A DNA stretch of 64,000 nt from an uncultured Gammaproteobacteria bacterium. GTDB taxonomy: Bacteria > Patescibacteriota > Patescibacteriia > Magasanikbacterales > JBBTXJ01. The stretch is from contig CAZSVL010000002.1 of the NCBI GenBank assembly GCA_964610305.1, positions 40,522 through 104,521 on the forward strand. Reading direction: 5' to 3'. Position numbers and translations under genes: made by a program. Positions 17,042-25,856 of this stretch are shown here, piece by piece (the first letter of the stretch is position 1; every line of letters starts with the position of its first letter). The notes under the pieces were generated by a model. That model did not search any database. It saw only the letters and a list, made by a program, of their open reading frames with translations, and was not told the DNA's origin.

Positions 17042-19376
17042 ATTTTGGTATCCACGCGGCGGAGCCGAGCATTATGTTTTGGCGTTGCGTGAGCAGCTAA
17101 AAGCAAAAGGTCACACCGTGATTGAATTTGGGATGCATCATCATTTGAATATAAAAACGCCGTTTGATACATATTTTGTATCAGAATTGGATTTTAAAAA
17201 ACGCGGCGGGATAAAAGATAGTCTGCACAAGCTGATGCGGGTTATCTATTCTCCGCAAGCGCGCAAGAAGTTTGCTCAGCTTTTGGTAGATGAGGCGCCT
17301 GATGTTATTCATATTCATAACATTTATCACCAACTCTCTCCGTCAATTTTGCTTGCTGCTGAGCGTGCGCGGATTCCTGTTGTGATGACGGCCCATGATT
17401 ACAAGATTACCAATCCTAACTATAGAATGTTTCACCGTGGGCAGGTGTGTGAGCATAGTGATCATGGCAGATTTTGGGAGGCGCTCAGATATAGGTGCAT
17501 GGACACCTGGAGCGCCAGCTTTGCAGTTATGGTGGAGAGCTATGTGCATGCTTTTTTGGGTACGTACAGACGAGCCGTTACGCGTATTGTGAGCCCTAGC
17601 AATTTTTTGATTGATTTAGCGGTGAGTCGTGGCGCGCCCAGAAAATGGTTTATCAAAATTCCTACGGGCATTGCTATGCCCGCTATGCCAAAAGAGTTGG
17701 GGCAGCAGGCAGTAGTTTATTTTGGGAGACTCTCTGAAGAAAAAGGATTGGGCGTTTTGCTTGAGGCGGCTAAGATGGCTCGTACCACGCCATTTGTAAT
17801 TGTTGGCAGAGGGCCCATGGAAGCGGCTTTGAGATCTCGCGCGGGAGAGCTTGGATTGCGCAACGTTACTTTTGCGGGTTTTTTGCAGGGTGAGAGTCTG
17901 TGGAAAGTGGTGGCTGGCGCAAAAGCTGTGGTGGTGCCCACCCTTAGTTTTGAGAATTACCCATTGTCTGTGCTTGAGGCTCAGGCTTTGGGCACTATTG
18001 TTATAGCGAGTGCGGTAGGCGGTCTGCCAGAGCAAATAGTTAATGGGGAGACGGGTTTTTTGGTTCCTCCCGGAGATGCCGTAGAGCTAGCTAAAGCGGT
18101 GGAGCGCGCCATGGAAATGGATGAGGATGATCTAGCGCACATGGAGGCGGCAGCGAGAGCGGGAGTGATGCGCGTTAATGGTCATGACGAGCATATAAGC
18201 AGAATAGAGGCTTTATATAAGAGCGTGCAAGATACTGCTGCAGACGATGATAAATCCTTGCGCGTTGCTGTTATTGGGGCTAAAGGGTATCCACCGTCAT
18301 ATGGTGGCGTAGAACAGCACGTAGCGGCTCTAGGGCGCGTTTTTGCAGGGCTGGGGCACAAGGTGGTTATCTATAGTAGGTCATGGTATAGCCAAAAAAA
18401 TCAAAATGGCGATGATCCTGTAATAAGTCGCCGCCTCTGGAGCCCCAAGATAAATGGGCTGGATACACTTTATCATTCGTTTGCCAGTACGCTGTCGGCT
18501 TTGGTGGGAGATTATGATGTGGTGCATTTTCATGGAGTAGGCCCTGCTGTTTTTGCCTTTTTTGTGCGTTTGTTTTCAAAAGCTAAGGTGATAGTAACTG
18601 TTCATTCGCTTAACAGAATGCATCCTCAGTGGGGATTTTTTGCTCGGCTGTGGCTTCGTTTTGGAGAATGGGCCGCCGCAATATTTGCCCACGAGACTAT
18701 TGTTGTCTCCAGAGATTTAAGATCATATTTTAGAGGAAAACATAAAGCTGCCCGGATCCACTTTATTCCTAATGGCGTGGCGGTGAGAGAGAAAAAACCA
18801 GCGGCATCTTTGCTTGGTAGATGGGGCTTGCAGGAAGCTTCTTATGTTGTGGTGGTGGCGCGATTGGTAAAATCAAAACGTGTAGATGAAATTTTGCAGG
18901 CGTGGCGGTCCCTGCGAGCGGCAGATAGAAAGGATTGGAAGCTTGTCATTGTGGGAGATCAAAGTTTTTCATCTGATTATGTTGACGAGCTTAAAGATTT
19001 GGCGGGGAAAGATAAAAGTATTATTTTTACGGGCTGGCAGGAGGGCGAGGCACTGCAGGCCTTAATTGCTCATGCCCAAGCCTTGGTTTCTGCGAGCGCT
19101 TCTGAAGGGTTGCCTCTGACGCTGCTAGAAGCAAGTGCTTATGGGGTGGGCGCACTAGTCTCAGATATTGCTCCTCATAGAGAGATAGTTAAAGTAGACG
19201 CCGCGCGTTTTGCTGTGGGAGATGTGCCAGCGCTTGGCGCAGCCCTCAAACGGCTTTTAACTGACCCTGGATGGTTTGAGCAACTAGGAGAGCAAAATAA
19301 AAAACTCGTGGCGAGCGAGTATCAATGGGAGTCGGTAGCAGACAAAACGCTTAGTTTATACTATGATAGGCTTTAA
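17019..19376 (+). CDS. Double GT4 glycosyltransferase fusion
   Basis: Two complete GT-B units (ENYPLSVLEA; then RVAVIGAKGYPPSYGGVE...EGLPLTLLEA). Confidence 0.88.
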   Translation: MKILLVNKFWYPRGGAEHYVLALREQLKAKGHTVIEFGMHHHLNIKTPFDTYFVSELDFKKRGGIKDSLHKLMRVIYSPQARKKFAQLLVDEAPDVIHIHNIYHQLSPSILLAAERARIPVVMTAHDYKITNPNYRMFHRGQVCEHSDHGRFWEALRYRCMDTWSASFAVMVESYVHAFLGTYRRAVTRIVSPSNFLIDLAVSRGAPRKWFIKIPTGIAMPAMPKELGQQAVVYFGRLSEEKGLGVLLEAAKMARTTPFVIVGRGPMEAALRSRAGELGLRNVTFAGFLQGESLWKVVAGAKAVVVPTLSFENYPLSVLEAQALGTIVIASAVGGLPEQIVNGETGFLVPPGDAVELAKAVERAMEMDEDDLAHMEAAARAGVMRVNGHDEHISRIEALYKSVQDTAADDDKSLRVAVIGAKGYPPSYGGVEQHVAALGRVFAGLGHKVVIYSRSWYSQKNQNGDDPVISRRLWSPKINGLDTLYHSFASTLSALVGDYDVVHFHGVGPAVFAFFVRLFSKAKVIVTVHSLNRMHPQWGFFARLWLRFGEWAAAIFAHETIVVSRDLRSYFRGKHKAARIHFIPNGVAVREKKPAASLLGRWGLQEASYVVVVARLVKSKRVDEILQAWRSLRAADRKDWKLVIVGDQSFSSDYVDELKDLAGKDKSIIFTGWQEGEALQALIAHAQALVSASASEGLPLTLLEASAYGVGALVSDIAPHREIVKVDAARFAVGDVPALGAALKRLLTDPGWFEQLGEQNKKLVASEYQWESVADKTLSLYYDRL

Positions 19377-19675
19377 TCTTCTGGAGATTCAGAGAGGTCA
19401 TCTTCTTTCTTAGATTTTGCTGTTTTACTGCTTGGACTATAGAGTCTGCCGGCAATATTCCACCGGTCTACATACTGACCGATGCCTTTTTTTTGCGATT
19501 TTTTACTAATGGTGCTTTTTTGAGACCATTTAACAAGGCTTTCAAAGTTTATTTTGTATCGCCCCGCTACAACGATGTAGGAGAGCTCATCATCCAAAAT
19601 AGCACGTCTTATGGTTTGCTGACTCACTCCAAAGAGTTTTGCAGCTTCTGAGACTGATACGCGGATGATATTCAT
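19373..19675 (-). CDS. Excisionase-like/MerR-type HTH DNA-binding protein
   Basis: SVSEAAKLFGVSQQTIRRAI....L....V.GRYKI. Confidence 0.85.
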   Translation of the reverse strand: MNIIRVSVSEAAKLFGVSQQTIRRAILDDELSYIVVAGRYKINFESLVKWSQKSTISKKSQKKGIGQYVDRWNIAGRLYSPSSKTAKSKKEDDLSESPED

Positions 19676-19676
19676 A

Positions 19677-19708
19677 GCTGTTTGTATAGACTAGTGTATA
19701 CAAACAGC
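19677..19708. promoter_or_regulatory. Palindromic operator, copy 1
   Basis: gctgTTTGTATAGACTAGTGTATACAAAcagc immediately upstream of the HTH start codon. Confidence 0.7.
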
Positions 19709-19765
19709 GTATATTACTAGCGTTTTTGTGTCAATTTGGACCATCAATGAATATTAGATTGAAAC

Positions 19766-19774
19766 TGTGGATAA
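19766..19774 (-). promoter_or_regulatory. DnaA-box consensus TTATCCACA
   Basis: tgtggataa on the + strand; a one-mismatch box (ttatcccca) lies near 19908. Confidence 0.4.
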
Positions 19775-19793
19775 GTTGACCTAAATAGGCCTC

Positions 19794-19817
19794 TTTGTAT
19801 ACACTAGTCTATACAAA
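19794..19817. promoter_or_regulatory. Palindromic operator, copy 2 (exact reverse complement of 19681-19704)
   Basis: TTTGTATACACTAGTCTATACAAA. Confidence 0.7.
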
Positions 19818-19958
19818 TAGAGCTGGTAACAGGTAATGAGGGGGTGAGTATTAGTACATTTTCTTTTTTCTCTTGTTGCCCGTTATCGGGCACCTGTTTC
19901 CAATAAGTTATCCCCACCCGTTATCAAAAGCCGTGATTAGCTACAGCTATACCCAAGG

Positions 19959-20510
19959 ATGAAAAATAAGGCTCACGATCACTTGCTGCTTTTCAGGCTT
20001 CAGACCAAACAAGATAAACAAGCCTTTACGCAGCTCTACGATAAATACTACGCCGATATTCATCGGTTTGTTTTGTTTAAGGTGCCGACCGCAGAGATAG
20101 CCGACGATATAGTGGCGCAGGTGTTTGAAGGGCTTTGGATGTATGTGGTACAAAGAAAGCGTATCATTCACTTTAGGGCGCTGATGTATCGCATAGCAAG
20201 AAATAGCGTTGCTGAGCATTATCGCAGGGAAGGTAAAACTATGGATGTAGCCATAGAGTACGTGGAATTTGATGTAGCGCAGGATAATGACGGGTTGCTG
20301 GGAGTAGCGCGAGAAGATTTGTTGGCCGCGTTTGTGCAGCTTACCGAGGATCAAGCGGAGCTCATACAACTAAGATATATAGAAGGATTGCCCATAAAGG
20401 TGGTGGCAGAAGTAGTGGGAAAGAGCCGTGGCGCGGTGAGTGTTAGCTTGGGGAGGGCGCGGGCTAGTCTCAAACGCATTTTGGACGCAGATGTCCACAA
20501 GAAAAAATAA
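19959..20510 (+). CDS. ECF-type RNA polymerase sigma-70 factor
   Basis: AF.QLYDKY...I.RFV; A.DIVAQVF; YRIARN; LRYIEGL.IK.VA.VVGKS.GAV...L.RA. Confidence 0.92.
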   Translation: MKNKAHDHLLLFRLQTKQDKQAFTQLYDKYYADIHRFVLFKVPTAEIADDIVAQVFEGLWMYVVQRKRIIHFRALMYRIARNSVAEHYRREGKTMDVAIEYVEFDVAQDNDGLLGVAREDLLAAFVQLTEDQAELIQLRYIEGLPIKVVAEVVGKSRGAVSVSLGRARASLKRILDADVHKKK

Positions 20511-20531
20511 CTATCGCAAGGTATACTGACT

Positions 20532-21539
20532 ATGGCGATTAGCCAAAAACAATTAAAGGATTCTCTTGCTGCATTGGGCAGTGATTTTTCTGCAGTTGAT
20601 GAAAAGAGAAGTAAGCAAACGCGAGAGCGTGTGTTGGCTTTTATGGATAACAATCCTATTGCCACTGCGCCAAGCGCATACGAAAGATTGAGATTGGCAG
20701 GAAAGTATATAATGCCGTCAGGCGTCTGGCATTATGCCTTGCAGCCTATAATGGTGGTGGTGCTTGCCTTTACGCTGGTTACCGGCGGTTGGGTGACATC
20801 GGTATCTGCCGCTAGTGGGAGTCTGCCAGGAGATGCGCTTTATACGGTAAAATTGGTTTCGGAAAAAACGCAGCTGCAACTTGCATACTGGTCTGATGAT
20901 CCGCTGGTGGTAACAGGGCTGCAGGTATCTTTTGCAAAAAGAAGGATAGATGAAATAAAAGCGGTGAGCGAGCTCTCGCCGGGAGACAAGGAGGAGCGAA
21001 TAGACAAAGCAGTGAGAGGTTTTAAAAAAGGAATCGCGGCAGTGCGCGAATCATTAGAGACAGCGGCCGATAATAAGCCTGAGCAGGTTGCGGCGATCGC
21101 CAGAAAAATACAGGATCAGGGCACTGATTTGGTAGAAGCCATAGAGCAGGCGGAACAAGCGTTGCCTCAAGATGTGGCTCAAGAGCTTGCCAGTGCAAAA
21201 GAAGTTGTGGAAGATGCAACGGATCAGGCGGTAGAGGTTATTGTGGAGAGTCGGCAACAGGGAGATCAGTTGGTTTCTTCAGACGATATAGCCAGTGTAA
21301 TTGTTGGAAAGCTGGATCGCGCTACGGTAAGCGCAGAGCCAAAAGAAGCTCTCTTGAGCGAGAAAGTTGTGCAAAAGCATCTAAAAGACGGAGAATTTGA
21401 GCAAGCGCTGGACGAGGTAAAACGCATGCGCGCTTTGGTAAAAGAGCAAACTGCGCAACAAGAAGAGCAGGAGCCAAGCTTGCCAGGTGTGCTTATAAGG
21501 GTGATAGAGAACGTAACAAGCACTATAATAGGCGAATAA
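20532..21539 (+). CDS. Putative anti-sigma factor with DUF5667-like domain
   Basis: Single TM, then SLPGDALYTVKLVSEK...RRIDE; adjacent to the ECF sigma. Confidence 0.75.
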   Translation: MAISQKQLKDSLAALGSDFSAVDEKRSKQTRERVLAFMDNNPIATAPSAYERLRLAGKYIMPSGVWHYALQPIMVVVLAFTLVTGGWVTSVSAASGSLPGDALYTVKLVSEKTQLQLAYWSDDPLVVTGLQVSFAKRRIDEIKAVSELSPGDKEERIDKAVRGFKKGIAAVRESLETAADNKPEQVAAIARKIQDQGTDLVEAIEQAEQALPQDVAQELASAKEVVEDATDQAVEVIVESRQQGDQLVSSDDIASVIVGKLDRATVSAEPKEALLSEKVVQKHLKDGEFEQALDEVKRMRALVKEQTAQQEEQEPSLPGVLIRVIENVTSTIIGE

Positions 21540-21758
21540 CCATACGTTTAGTTAATTATTATTAATCATTTCTCGTCCCTTGTGGGGAGGATTCAGCCGA
21601 TTGGCGGGCTGTATCCTCCTCTGATAAGGGGAGTAAGGAAAAGTAGTTGTGCATTAAGGTCGAGCTTCCATAAGGGAGTGTGCACGGCATTGTAACTGAT
21701 CTTGGTTGCGAGAAATGATCATTGCCAAGATCGGTATCTAAAAAAGTCTAAATAACTT

Positions 21759-24700
21759 ATGACTACAGCAATAGCATATTCTAGAAAAGCATTTACGGGT
21801 GTTGTTGTTGCGTTGACGGTACTTTGGTCAATTGGTGCGGCCGCACTGATTTCTCCACTAGTAGCACAAAGCGCAGTCGCTCTAGCAGATCTCTCAGACG
21901 GAGATTTGATCATGACTGACGGCGCTGCAGCAGGGGCTACGGTATACGTGCACAACGACGGTAAAAAATACCCATTCCCTAACGCCAAGATCTACGCATC
22001 ATGGTACGGGGACGACTTTTCAAGCGTGATGCGCATTTCTGCGGAAGACATGGGATCCCTTGCATGGGGCTCCAACATGCTCTACCGCCCAGGCTCACGA
22101 TTGATTAAAGTTCCAGACGATCCAAAGGTGTACGCTGTTTTGCCAGGAGGCACAGTAGCGTGGGTCAAGGATGAAGCAACAGCACAGAAGTTTTACGGAG
22201 ACGCATGGGCAGGTCGTGTAGACGACTTGTTGGCATCTCTATTTGTAGCTGACTACACCAATGATCCAAACATGGATCTAACCGCTGATTCAAACTACCC
22301 TGACGGTACACTTATTAAAGTAGATGATGGCGAAGTAGCTGCATCTGCTTTGATGTACTACTACATTGACGGTGGTATGAAGCGCGCAGTGGGAGACGAC
22401 GCAATGGGACAGTTCAACTTGGACTACGCCATTGAAGTTTCCTCTGACGACGCAGCAGCATTTGACGACGGCGACGCTATGGGATCAGGAGAATTCCTTA
22501 ACCCAGTAGCCGTACAGGAAGGTACAACCACTCCTGGAGCAGACGCACCAGACGAGGTGGTAGCAGACGGAGACCTTTCCTTTAGTCTAGCCGCAGACAG
22601 CCCAACTGCTCGTCTTCTTGACGGGACAGGACTCAACGCAGTGTTGAAGGTGGCTGTAAGTGGTGAGGGTAACATCGACGAGCTAACCTTTAAGAAGGTT
22701 GGAACAACCGCTAACACCAACATTACTGGTATGCGCGTTGTTGACAGTTCTGGCGCACGTCTTGGTAACGTAGTTTCTTCAATCAATGAGGATGACACGG
22801 TTACCTTTACAGGACTTGACCACGACGTTGATGGAAGCGACTCACTTGAATTGCAAGTGGATCTAAACACCTCAGCAGGCGCTTCTGACGCACGCTTTGA
22901 GTTGACTGGTGTTGACTCTGGCGCAAGCGTATCAGGACTTCCTGTTGCAGGATTCTTGCTAGACGTTAAAGACGGTTCAACTGTTGTAACCACGGTCACC
23001 TTTGACCTTGATGGTCCAGCGGATAACTCCAGTGTTCAGCTTGGTAATGAGATTGAAATATTCAACTTCACACTTCGCGACACCGGAAGTAAAGAAAAGT
23101 CAACTTTTGACGGTATAACTCTTTACAACAACGGTTCTGTTACTGATGAAGACGTAGAGGACTACAAGCTTGTAGCTCCAAACGGCGACATCTTGGCAAC
23201 CGTACAGCAAGACGGCAAGTGGGTAGTATTTGACGGCTTGGACTACGAGCTGATCAAGGGTGCTACCAAGTCATTTAAGATCAAGGCTACACCTAAGACA
23301 GGTGCAACCAGGACTATTGACTTGCAGCTCCAAAATGACTACGACTTGAAAGTAATGGGCAATACTTCTGCTCACTACATCCTAGCTACCGCTGACGGTA
23401 GCGGAACTAACGACTCAACCTTCCCTGTAGGTGACGCTTCTGGCTACACCGACATGACTTTGGCTTCAGGTTCTCTAACCTGGAACAAGTCTGGAGAGAA
23501 CCCAACCTCTAACTACGCCGTAGGAGAGGCTGACGTAATCTTGGGAAGCTTTGACGTTAAAGCAACTGGTGAAGATATTGAAATCAGAAAAGTAAGCTTT
23601 GCCGTTCTTGAAAGCACTTCTGGTTCAACTTCAACTTCACTTGACGGAAGCGTCTTTATTAAGGCTGACGGCCAGACACTCTACAGCGCAGCATTTGCAC
23701 GTAGCATGTTTACCGGAACCAACACAGACGTAACTGAGTCAAGTAAGTCACTAAGCACCTTCCTAACCGTTCCTGCGGGAGAAACCAAACGTATTGACAT
23801 TGTTGGTACTATTGGATCCGCTGCAGCTTCAACGGACAGCTACGGTGCCGTGTTTAATGTTGCTCAGAACAAGCGCCTAACTACGGGCGACTTGCAGACT
23901 CCAACAGCTAGCATTGTTAACGCAGCAGTACGCTCTGTGAAAGCAGCAGCACTGACGGTTAACAACATTACCATGGCCGCTTCTGGAACCTACAAGATTG
24001 TTGCAGGAACCAACGGCGCGCTTGTTGGTAAGTATGTGCTTGACGCCAGCTCTGGTGGTGAGGACGTACGCGTTAACAGCATTGTAGTAAGCCAGGGTAA
24101 CGGTGGTTCCGCCGCAAGCGTAACTGACTGGAGCAACTGGCGCCTCTACAGAGTTGAAGCTGATGGATCAGAGACTGCTCTGGACACCAGCAACGATACT
24201 AACACGGGTGCTGCTAACATGACCTTTACCTTGATCACTCCTGAAGTGATTGGTAAGTCAGACGTAGACGGAGTTACCTACCACTTGCGTGCTAACCTTG
24301 CTTCCGCCGCTGGCGCAAGCGAGACCGCCGTATTTGTTGTGGGTAATGAAGGAAGCGCAGCTGTGGGAGATGTTACTGGAAACTCAGTGACGGAGAGCGT
24401 ACTTAATGGTACTTCAACGGGAAGCACCTCACTTGGAAGCACGGTAATTATTACCGCTTCTGGTGGAGCAATTAAGATTGCTGTTGATTCCGCAAACGCA
24501 CCGGTGAAGAACTCTCTGGTTAACATTGGTACTACCAATTACAACCTGGGTGCCTTTACTATCAAGGCAGAAGATGAAGATCAGAAAGTTACTGACCTTG
24601 AGGTGAGCTTGTTTGGAACAGCAAGTCTAAACGATGTTAGAAACGTCCGCCTATACTTGGATGACGCTTCAACACCACTTGCTCAGGTAACACAGCTAAC

Positions 24701-25529
24701 CACGGGTGGAGACAATGCTGCTACCGGATATCACACATGGACTTCTGCTAGCGAGTTGTTCAGAATTGAAGCTGGACAGACACGCCGCGTGAAATTCCTT
24801 GCAGACATTGCAGGAGCTGGTACTGCTAAGCTTGGTAATGATGTTCGCCTTGAGATCCGCGACGCAAGTCACGTATCCTCAACCGGTGTCAGCACCAACA
24901 CAGCATCAACCAAGACCGTGCTTAACACCAACTCAATCACTCACACCATTCAGCCATTTACCGTAACGGTAGCAGAGGCAAGCCCTGCATATCCTGCTTC
25001 TAACTTGGAGAAGGACGTGTCAACGGGATCCCTCTTGGCGCAGTTTAAGATCACTAACTCTGGTTCTGCTACAATCACTACCACGCAGTTTAAGATCTTT
25101 AACAACGGTGCATGTACGTTTGATTCAGACGGTGCAACCACCTGTAACTCTACCGGTGTTCAGTACTCACTGAAGACTTCAGCTGAGAACGCAAACTCCA
25201 CAACCAACTTGGTATCTGGAGAGGACACTGAAGAGAGCTCTGGTGTAATTACCTTCTCTGGTGGAGGACTTGCATCATCAGCTAACATTGTAATTGCCGC
25301 AGGACGCTACAGAACCTTTGGTGTGTATGTGTCTGGTACTAACGATGGATTTGCTAAGGGTGCTAGCTGGCAGCTCTCTGTTGCAACTGAAGGTGATATG
25401 ACCTTTAGCGTGCAAGATGAGAACTTGGGTTATGACGGTAACGTTGACGGTAATCAGGACGACTCTAACACGGGTCTAAAGATGACTGGTCAGCCTAGCT
25501 TGCCATCTGTCACAGACAGCGTAACCTAA
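21759..25529 (+). CDS. Large secreted S-layer-like surface protein
   Basis: Signal peptide; CPR-type N-terminal repeats (DGKKYPFPN..IY.SWY; GSRLIK..DDPKVYAV); long Ser/Thr/Gly/Asp-rich beta-sandwich region; strong terminator. Confidence 0.8.
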   Translation: MTTAIAYSRKAFTGVVVALTVLWSIGAAALISPLVAQSAVALADLSDGDLIMTDGAAAGATVYVHNDGKKYPFPNAKIYASWYGDDFSSVMRISAEDMGSLAWGSNMLYRPGSRLIKVPDDPKVYAVLPGGTVAWVKDEATAQKFYGDAWAGRVDDLLASLFVADYTNDPNMDLTADSNYPDGTLIKVDDGEVAASALMYYYIDGGMKRAVGDDAMGQFNLDYAIEVSSDDAAAFDDGDAMGSGEFLNPVAVQEGTTTPGADAPDEVVADGDLSFSLAADSPTARLLDGTGLNAVLKVAVSGEGNIDELTFKKVGTTANTNITGMRVVDSSGARLGNVVSSINEDDTVTFTGLDHDVDGSDSLELQVDLNTSAGASDARFELTGVDSGASVSGLPVAGFLLDVKDGSTVVTTVTFDLDGPADNSSVQLGNEIEIFNFTLRDTGSKEKSTFDGITLYNNGSVTDEDVEDYKLVAPNGDILATVQQDGKWVVFDGLDYELIKGATKSFKIKATPKTGATRTIDLQLQNDYDLKVMGNTSAHYILATADGSGTNDSTFPVGDASGYTDMTLASGSLTWNKSGENPTSNYAVGEADVILGSFDVKATGEDIEIRKVSFAVLESTSGSTSTSLDGSVFIKADGQTLYSAAFARSMFTGTNTDVTESSKSLSTFLTVPAGETKRIDIVGTIGSAAASTDSYGAVFNVAQNKRLTTGDLQTPTASIVNAAVRSVKAAALTVNNITMAASGTYKIVAGTNGALVGKYVLDASSGGEDVRVNSIVVSQGNGGSAASVTDWSNWRLYRVEADGSETALDTSNDTNTGAANMTFTLITPEVIGKSDVDGVTYHLRANLASAAGASETAVFVVGNEGSAAVGDVTGNSVTESVLNGTSTGSTSLGSTVIITASGGAIKIAVDSANAPVKNSLVNIGTTNYNLGAFTIKAEDEDQKVTDLEVSLFGTASLNDVRNVRLYLDDASTPLAQVTQLTTGGDNAATGYHTWTSASELFRIEAGQTRRVKFLADIAGAGTAKLGNDVRLEIRDASHVSSTGVSTNTASTKTVLNTNSITHTIQPFTVTVAEASPAYPASNLEKDVSTGSLLAQFKITNSGSATITTTQFKIFNNGACTFDSDGATTCNSTGVQYSLKTSAENANSTTNLVSGEDTEESSGVITFSGGGLASSANIVIAAGRYRTFGVYVSGTNDGFAKGASWQLSVATEGDMTFSVQDENLGYDGNVDGNQDDSNTGLKMTGQPSLPSVTDSVT

Positions 25530-25564
25530 AGCATCTAGCTTTACTTTATACGCCTAGCGTATAG

Positions 25565-25595
25565 CAAAAGCCCCCACACGGGGGCTTTTGTTTTT
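25565..25595 (+). terminator. Intrinsic terminator
   Basis: caaaagccccc-acac-gggggcttttg-ttttt. Confidence 0.85.
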
Positions 25596-25602
25596 AGTAC
25601 GC

Positions 25603-25756
25603 AGGGGTTAGGGTGTAGGGTGTAGCCTCTTAGCGTCATCCTGAACTTGATTCAGGATCCAGGCAGGAGTATAAGACGTGCTCTATTTCTACCCTAGATT
25701 CTGAATCAAGTTCAGAATGACAAGTGGGCAACACTACACCCTACACCCTAACCCCT
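25603..25756. repeat. Inverted heptamer element (TAGGGTG)n ... (CACCCTA)n enclosing a REP-like palindromic pair
   Basis: Perfect 23-bp IR at 25603-25625 / 25734-25756. Inner gtcatcctgaacttgattcaggatc ... gattctgaatcaagttcagaatgac (25635-25721). Confidence 0.85.
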
Positions 25757-25771
25757 ATACCCTAGAGAAAC

Positions 25772-25800
25772 TTGACAAAAGCGCAAGAATTTGCTAAGGT
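25772..25800 (+). promoter_or_regulatory. Sigma70-type promoter TTGACA-N17-TAAGGT (extended TG)
   Basis: ttgaca aaagcgcaagaatttgc taaggt. Confidence 0.6.
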
Positions 25801-25856
25801 AAGGGGCTCCTTGTAGTATGGGAGTAGTTCTTAAACAAATAAAAAAGGAGAGAACC

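Noticed and set aside
19373-19675. Prophage or ICE marked by an excisionase
   Set aside because: No integrase, phage or conjugation genes nearby; the HTH gene looks like a stand-alone regulator.
19820-19925. Sixth, degenerate heptamer inverted array (ggtaaca ggtaatg ... cccgtta)
   Set aside because: Periodicity is too weak to support by eye.
19676-19958. Replication origin
   Set aside because: Only one perfect and one imperfect DnaA box, no dnaA/dnaN nearby, and no obvious skew switch. Another lone box occurs at 60427-60435.
25603-25625. Telomere-like TTAGGG repeat or G-quadruplex
   Set aside because: There is a single TTAGGG and only three G-tracts; it is better explained as a heptamer arm.
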